DNA from: an uncultured Solirubrobacterales bacterium
GTDB taxonomy: Bacteria > Actinomycetota > Thermoleophilia > Solirubrobacterales > Solirubrobacteraceae
DNA: 64,000 nucleotides
Reading direction: 5' to 3'
NCBI GenBank assembly: GCA_963846765.1
Contig: CAWJXO010000030.1
Span: 311,423 to 375,422, forward strand
The notes beneath the pieces were generated by a model. It was not told the origin of the DNA. It saw nothing but the letters and a program-made list of their open reading frames with translations, and did no database searches. A program made the position numbers and the translations under genes. The number at the start of each line of letters is the position of its first letter. Position 1 is the first letter of the stretch. This document shows, piece after piece, positions 59,261 through 64,000 of the stretch.

Positions 59261-60616
59261 ATGCAACAGAGCTACGAGGCGCTGGACCGGCCGGGCGGAT
59301 TCAGCCGCGTCCGCCTGTTCGCGCCACTGGCCCATCGCGACTATCGCCTGCTCGCCGGCGGCACGTCGGTGTCGCTGCTCGGCGATGGCGTATTCCTGGT
59401 CGCGCTCGCGTGGCAGGTCTACACGATGTCGGATGCGCCGACGGCGCTCGCGACCGTCGGAATCGCGATGACGATCCCGACGATCGCGTGCCTGCTGATC
59501 GGCGGCGCGGTCAGCGATCGCTTCGACCGCCGTCTGGTGATGCTGATCGCCGATGCCGTCCGCGCGGTGCTCCTGGCCGCGCTGGCGGCGCTCGCGGTCA
59601 CGGGCGCGCTGGCGTTCTGGGAGCTGCTGGCGATCGCCGTTGTGTACGGCGCCGCCACCGCGTTCTTCAACCCGGCCTCGGATGCGCTCGTCCCCCAACT
59701 GCTGCCGGCGGACACGCTCGCCCAGGCCAACTCGCTCGATCAGCTGATCCGTCCGCTGGCGCTCCGGCTGGCCGGTCCCGCGCTCGGCGGCGTGGCCGTG
59801 GGTGCGATCGGCGCCGGCTGGGCGTTCGCGCTCGACGCCGGATCGTTCGCGATCTCGGTCGCGGCGCTCCTGGCGATGTCCCGGGCCCGGGCCTCGGCTG
59901 CGGGCGCGGCCTCGGCGGACACGGACACGGAGACGGAGACGGGATCGGGGTTCCGTGAGATCCGTGCCGGGCTCCGATATGTCCGCAGCCACGCCTGGCT
60001 GTGGGCGACCCTGGTCACCGCGGCGGTCGCCTACCTGCTGTTCATGGGGCCCACCGAGGTGCTGCTTCCGTTCATCGTGAAGCACCGCTTCGCCGACGGG
60101 GCGCGTGATCTGGGGTTGATCTTCGCTGCGGGCGGTCTCGGCTCGCTCGCGTGTGCCGTCGCGATCGGCGAGCTGGGTCTCCCTCGCTCCGCGCTCACGT
60201 TCATGTACCTCACTTGGACGGTCGCGACCGTGGCGGTGGCCGGCTACGGGCTGTCCGACGGCCTGTGGGGTTTGATGCTCGCGAGCGTCCTGTTCAACAC
60301 CTTGGAGACCGCCGGCACGATCGCGTGGGCGACGGTCAAGCAGCGACACGTTCCCTCGAAGCTGCTGGGCCGGGTGTCGAGCCTCGACTGGCTCATCTCG
60401 ATCGGCCTGCTGCCGCTGTCGTACGCGTTGACGGGGCCGATCAGCGCGGCTCTCGGCGCGCGCCCGACGCTGATCTGGGCCGGCGTGCTCGGCGCGATCG
60501 TCACGTTTGCGCCGCTGCTCAGCCGGCGCGTGCGCCGCTCAGCGGTCGACGGCTTCCATCCGGGCGCGCGCGATCGCCTCGGCTCCGGCCTCGCCCACGA
60601 GCAGCTCGGGGCGTAG
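59261..60616 (+). CDS. MFS transporter (DHA3/MFS_3-like exporter)
   Basis: 12 TM; GGAVSDRFDRR motif A; LLGRVSS. Starts 4 nt after the DGC/PDE stop. Confidence 0.92.
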   Translation: MQQSYEALDRPGGFSRVRLFAPLAHRDYRLLAGGTSVSLLGDGVFLVALAWQVYTMSDAPTALATVGIAMTIPTIACLLIGGAVSDRFDRRLVMLIADAVRAVLLAALAALAVTGALAFWELLAIAVVYGAATAFFNPASDALVPQLLPADTLAQANSLDQLIRPLALRLAGPALGGVAVGAIGAGWAFALDAGSFAISVAALLAMSRARASAAGAASADTDTETETGSGFREIRAGLRYVRSHAWLWATLVTAAVAYLLFMGPTEVLLPFIVKHRFADGARDLGLIFAAGGLGSLACAVAIGELGLPRSALTFMYLTWTVATVAVAGYGLSDGLWGLMLASVLFNTLETAGTIAWATVKQRHVPSKLLGRVSSLDWLISIGLLPLSYALTGPISAALGARPTLIWAGVLGAIVTFAPLLSRRVRRSAVDGFHPGARDRLGSGLAHEQLGA

Positions 60617-61936
60617 CGTCCCGCTCGCAATCAGGTCGAGCGCGGGGAAGCGACCGGTGCTCGCCAGCGCCGGATCGAGCGCGATCACCGTCGTCTCCCC
60701 GCCGAGCGGCTCCGGTGCCGTCGCGACCACGGTCAACGAGCCGCCACCGGCGAGGTTCCGCGCCGCGGCCAGCAACTTGCGGGCGGCGGACGGTTGTATT
60801 CCGCCGAGCGTGTCGATCAGCACGACCGCGTGCGAGCCGCGTGCCGCCAGCCGGCGGCCCTGGTCGATCGCGCGCTCGACGGCCTGGGCCTGGGCGTCGC
60901 CCGAGGCGGCGAAGCTGACCGCGGCGATCGGCGCCACGGGTCCCTCCTGCCACTCGGTTATCTCCTCGGGGCGGACGCCCGCGAGGACGAGCGACACCTG
61001 AACGTCCTCGTGGCCGGCCAGGGTGGCGGCGAGCCGTCGCAGCGCCTCGGTCTTGCCGGCGCGAGCGGGGCCGACGATCGACACACGCGAGCCCTGGCCG
61101 AACGGCGTCAGCCACTCGATCGCCTTGATCGTCGGGTCGTCGGATCCGAGCTTGAAGCGTTCGGTCGGGTAAGCGGCCGGCAGATCGTCGAACCGCGGGC
61201 TGTCGGCCACCTCGTCGGCGGGCCGCCCGTTGATCGCGTCGATCCGGATCAGCGACGCGAACCGCTCTGAGCGCCGGGGCGCGCGGCGCGGACCCGCGAT
61301 CCGGTCGCCCGGGACGAGCTCGCAGCGCTTGACCTGCGCGGCCGATACGTACACATCGTCCTCGGAGGGCTCGGGCGGGTGGACGCGCAAGAACCCCGAG
61401 CCGTTCGGAAGCAGCTCGACCTCGCCCTCGACGATCTCCTCCTCGGCCGTCTCCCGCGGCTCGTCCTTGGCCGCGCGATCCCGCGGTTCGTCTTTGGCCG
61501 CGCGATCCCGCGGTTCGTCTTTGGCCGCGCGATCCCTCGGTTCGTCTTTGGCCGCGCGATCCGCACGAGCCCGAGGCTCGTCCTTGGCCGCGCGAGCCCG
61601 CGGCTCGTCGCTCTCCTCCGTGGCCTCGGGCGCCGCCTCCCCGGCCTCATCCTCCGACGGGCTCTCGCTCTCATCCTCCTCGTCGCGAGCAGCAGACCGG
61701 CCGCGCCCACCGCGCCGGCCTCGGCGGCGCCGGGCTGCGGGACGCTCCTCGTCGGTGTCGCGCTCGTCATCGGCGCGGTCCTCCTCGGCGGGTACCCCGC
61801 CCTGCTTGGCGATGATCGCGTCGATCAGATCGTCCTTGCGCAGCCGGCGGTACCCGTCGATCGAGAGCTCGGACGCGAGGGCGTGAAGATCAGCGAGCGG
61901 GCTGGCTTTGAGCGCGTCGCGGTCCAGGATGGACAT
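60539..61936 (-). CDS. rho: Rho-like protein: Rho N-terminal and RNA-binding domains, charged insertion, degenerate and shortened ATPase domain
   Basis: LADLHALASEL..LRKDDLI, GSGFLR, DVYVS, TPFGQGSR, PARAGKT, RPEE, AARN..GGSLT, FPALD..SGT. AAGGAGG RBS. Confidence 0.85.
   Translation of the reverse strand: MSILDRDALKASPLADLHALASELSIDGYRRLRKDDLIDAIIAKQGGVPAEEDRADDERDTDEERPAARRRRGRRGGRGRSAARDEEDESESPSEDEAGEAAPEATEESDEPRARAAKDEPRARADRAAKDEPRDRAAKDEPRDRAAKDEPRDRAAKDEPRETAEEEIVEGEVELLPNGSGFLRVHPPEPSEDDVYVSAAQVKRCELVPGDRIAGPRRAPRRSERFASLIRIDAINGRPADEVADSPRFDDLPAAYPTERFKLGSDDPTIKAIEWLTPFGQGSRVSIVGPARAGKTEALRRLAATLAGHEDVQVSLVLAGVRPEEITEWQEGPVAPIAAVSFAASGDAQAQAVERAIDQGRRLAARGSHAVVLIDTLGGIQPSAARKLLAAARNLAGGGSLTVVATAPEPLGGETTVIALDPALASTGRFPALDLIASGTLRPELLVGEAGAEAIARARMEAVDR
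61455..61609. repeat. In-frame 27-bp tandem repeat (about 5 copies) encoding DRAAKDEPR within rho
   Basis: Units of cgcgg(c/t)tcgtc(c/t)ttggccgcgcgatcc start at 61455, 61482, 61509 and 61536, with a degenerate copy at 61572. Confidence 0.92.
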
Positions 61937-62024
61937 GGTGCTACCTCCTTGGGCGGATGATCGGTTGGCTCCGATCGCGTTGTGCCAGCGACCGGCGATT
62001 CAGCTCTCCCAGCCTAGCGTCGAT

Positions 62025-62951
62025 CTAGAACGGGCGCGGCTCTCGCCGGAGCTCGATGGCCAGCTGAAGCGCGGAGTCGACCTCGCTCTCGCCTCTCAGC
62101 GCCGCCCGCACGGCCAGGTAATCCGCGACGTCGGCGACATCATGGACGCGCAGGACGTGGGCGCCGGCGTCCACCCCCTGCCCGACTGCCGCAAGCGTTC
62201 CAGCGAGGCGCGCCCGCGGAGGCCGCTGCGTGATCGCGCCGATGAAGTCCTTGCGCGACACGGCCAGCAGCAGCGGCCGCTCGAGATCGTGCAGGCTCGA
62301 GAGCTCGCGCAGAACCTCGACCGTCTGCGCCGGCGTCTTGCCGAAATCGGGGCCCGGGTCGAGCATCAGCTGCTCGAAGGCGATGCCGTGCGCCATCGCC
62401 ACCGACATCCGCTCGCGCAGGAACCGCTTGACGTCGGCCCCGACCAGCCCATCCAGCGTCGGGTCGAGGAGCTTCTCCTTTGGCGCGGCGCGCGTATGCA
62501 TCAGCACGAGCGCGGCGCCCGCGCCGGCGCATACGTCGGCCAGCTCAGGGTCGCGCAGCCCACTCACGTCGTTGACGATCGCCGCGCCGGCGGCGATCGC
62601 CGCGTGCGCCACCGCCGGCTTGTACGTGTCGACCGACACCACCGCGCCCAACTCACGCGTGACGCGCTCGATCAGCGGGACCACGCGCTCGATCTCGTCC
62701 TCGGGCGCCACCGCCGGCCGGTTCGTAACGCCCGACTCGCCGCCGATGTCGATGATGTCGGCCCCGGCGTCGAGCAGCGACCGCGCGAGCTCGACCCGTT
62801 CCGCGAGCGTCCGTTCGACGCCCCCATCGGAGAACGAGTCGGGCGTGGCGTTGACGACGCCCATCAGCCACGGCCGACCGCCGAGCTCGAGCGTGCCCGC
62901 TGTCGTGAGCAGGGGGAGCGCCGGCGCGCTCAAACGGTCTCGATCGCCCAT
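62025..62951 (-). CDS. folP: Dihydropteroate synthase
   Basis: MGVVNATPDSFSDGG, DIGGES, SVDTYK, NDVSG, DPGPDFGK, SRKDF, RVHDV. Confidence 0.96.
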   Translation of the reverse strand: MGDRDRLSAPALPLLTTAGTLELGGRPWLMGVVNATPDSFSDGGVERTLAERVELARSLLDAGADIIDIGGESGVTNRPAVAPEDEIERVVPLIERVTRELGAVVSVDTYKPAVAHAAIAAGAAIVNDVSGLRDPELADVCAGAGAALVLMHTRAAPKEKLLDPTLDGLVGADVKRFLRERMSVAMAHGIAFEQLMLDPGPDFGKTPAQTVEVLRELSSLHDLERPLLLAVSRKDFIGAITQRPPRARLAGTLAAVGQGVDAGAHVLRVHDVADVADYLAVRAALRGESEVDSALQLAIELRREPRPF

Positions 62952-62981
62952 CCGCCGCAGGGTATAGATGCCCCGCGACCG

Positions 62982-63383
62982 TCAGTGAGCCGGGTCCGCG
63001 ACGCCGTCTTGCCGGCGCTGGGCGACGATCTCCTTGATCCGGTCGAGGGTCTCCTCGGACATGCGGCGGATCTCCCAGTGGGTGAGCTTCATCACCCGCA
63101 TCGGTGAGGTCGCGACCACGTCGGCGTTGCGCGGCTCGCGCTCGATCAGGCCCATCTCGCCGATCAGGTCGCCGTCCTTGAGCGAGGCGATTCTCTCGCC
63201 GTCCTGGATCACGTCGGCGCTGCCCTCCTCGATCGCGATCAGCTCGGTCGAGTAATCACCCTGCTTCATCAGGATCTGTCCCTCGGCGACGCTCGTCTCG
63301 GTGGCGAACGCGGCCAGGCGATTGGCCTCCTCGTCGGACAGGCGCGAGAAGATCGGGATTTGTTTCAGGCGGTTGGGATCCAT
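62982..63383 (-). CDS. Stand-alone cyclic-nucleotide-binding domain protein
   Basis: LKQIPIFS, QGD, IEEG, GDLIGEMGL..PRNADV phosphate-binding cassette. Confidence 0.88.
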   Translation of the reverse strand: MDPNRLKQIPIFSRLSDEEANRLAAFATETSVAEGQILMKQGDYSTELIAIEEGSADVIQDGERIASLKDGDLIGEMGLIEREPRNADVVATSPMRVMKLTHWEIRRMSEETLDRIKEIVAQRRQDGVADPAH

Positions 63384-63428
63384 CGTGGGTGGCAGATACC
63401 CGGTGCTAATCCCCAGCTAACCTGTGGG

Positions 63429-64000
63429 CTAGAGCGCCTGCACCTCGGACGTGATGTCGCTCACAGATTGTTTGGCGTCGCCGAACAGGAGCGAGGTTTT
63501 GGGTTCGTAGAAGAGTGGGTTGTCGATTCCGGCGAAGCCGCTGGCCATCGAGCGTTTGAGGACGACTACCGCCCCGGAGCGGTCGACTTCGAGGATCGGC
63601 ATGCCGTAGATCGGGGATCCGGGCTCGTTTTTGGCGGCGGGGTTGGTGACGTCGTTGGCGCCGATCACGAGGGTGACGTCGGTGCGTGAGAACTCGGGGT
63701 TGATCTCGTCCATTTCGCGCAGTAGGTCGTAGGGGACGTCGGCTTCGGCGAGTAGCACGTTCATGTGGCCGGGCATGCGGCCGGCGACGGGGTGGATCGC
63801 GAATTTGACCTCGACGCCCTTGGCCTCGAGCGCGCGCTCCAATTCCCGGACCGCGTGCTGGGCTTGCGCGACGGCCATTCCGTACCCGGGCGCGATCACG
63901 ACCAGGCGGGCGTAGGAGAGCTGGATCGCGACGTCCTGGGCGCTGGTCGAGCGGACCGTGCCGCCCGCGTCGCCGGCGGGGCCTCCCGGGGCCGCGATTG
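63429..64000 (-). CDS. pntB: NAD(P) transhydrogenase beta subunit (C-terminal part; 5' end outside the window)
   Basis: PGYGMAVAQAQH, IHPVAGRMPGHMNVLLAEA, GANDVTNP, KRSMASGFAGIDNPLF, FGDAK. Confidence 0.96.
   Translation of the reverse strand, partial: IAAPGGPAGDAGGTVRSTSAQDVAIQLSYARLVVIAPGYGMAVAQAQHAVRELERALEAKGVEVKFAIHPVAGRMPGHMNVLLAEADVPYDLLREMDEINPEFSRTDVTLVIGANDVTNPAAKNEPGSPIYGMPILEVDRSGAVVVLKRSMASGFAGIDNPLFYEPKTSLLFGDAKQSVSDITSEVQAL

Noticed and set aside
59918-59941. 6-bp tandem repeat (GACACG/GAGACG) as a phase-variation tract
   Set aside because: It is in frame, only four imperfect units long, and encodes DTDTETET in the MFS central loop.
61455-61609. 27-bp repeats as a CRISPR array
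   Set aside because: The units are directly adjacent with no unique spacers, lie in frame within rho, and there are no cas genes.

Overview
High-GC (about 70%) actinobacterial DNA. Gene content and style suggest Thermoleophilia/Solirubrobacterales (inference). Most long ORFs in the supplied track are antisense shadows or upstream over-extensions. Real content from left to right: a membrane GGDEF-EAL gene running off the left edge, preceded by a 6-codon micro-ORF with a strong RBS; two amidohydrolase-fold genes plus a Rieske ferredoxin; serA-serC-ilvC; a LysM/lytic transglycosylase; a methyltransferase and a MerR regulator; a classical menaquinone cluster (menE,B,A,C,H,D,F); an acpS that lacks a canonical start codon and is missing from the ORF track; ilvN-ilvB; a two-gene module of a small protein ending in Gly-Gly plus a Cys-containing membrane partner; a ~19-kb Wzx/Wzy surface-polysaccharide locus ending in an O-antigen-ligase/TPR gene and a tiny LPFTG-anchored Ser/Thr-rich protein; gatCAB; folD; pcrA; a queuosine-salvage (DUF2419) gene; a GGDEF remnant; an operon of an alpha-oxoamine-synthase-like enzyme, a membrane PAS-GGDEF-EAL protein and an MFS transporter; a degenerate Rho; folP; a cNMP-binding protein; and pntB. 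I saw no rRNA, tRNA, CRISPR array or transposase. The best candidates for undescribed systems are (1) the AONS-like synthase/c-di-GMP sensor/MFS operon, (2) the Gly-Gly protein and its partner, (3) the micro-peptide/membrane c-di-GMP enzyme pair, (4) the LPFTG mini-protein/ligase pair in the EPS locus, and (5) the amidohydrolase pair with Rieske protein. All calls come from motif recognition by eye; no searches were run.
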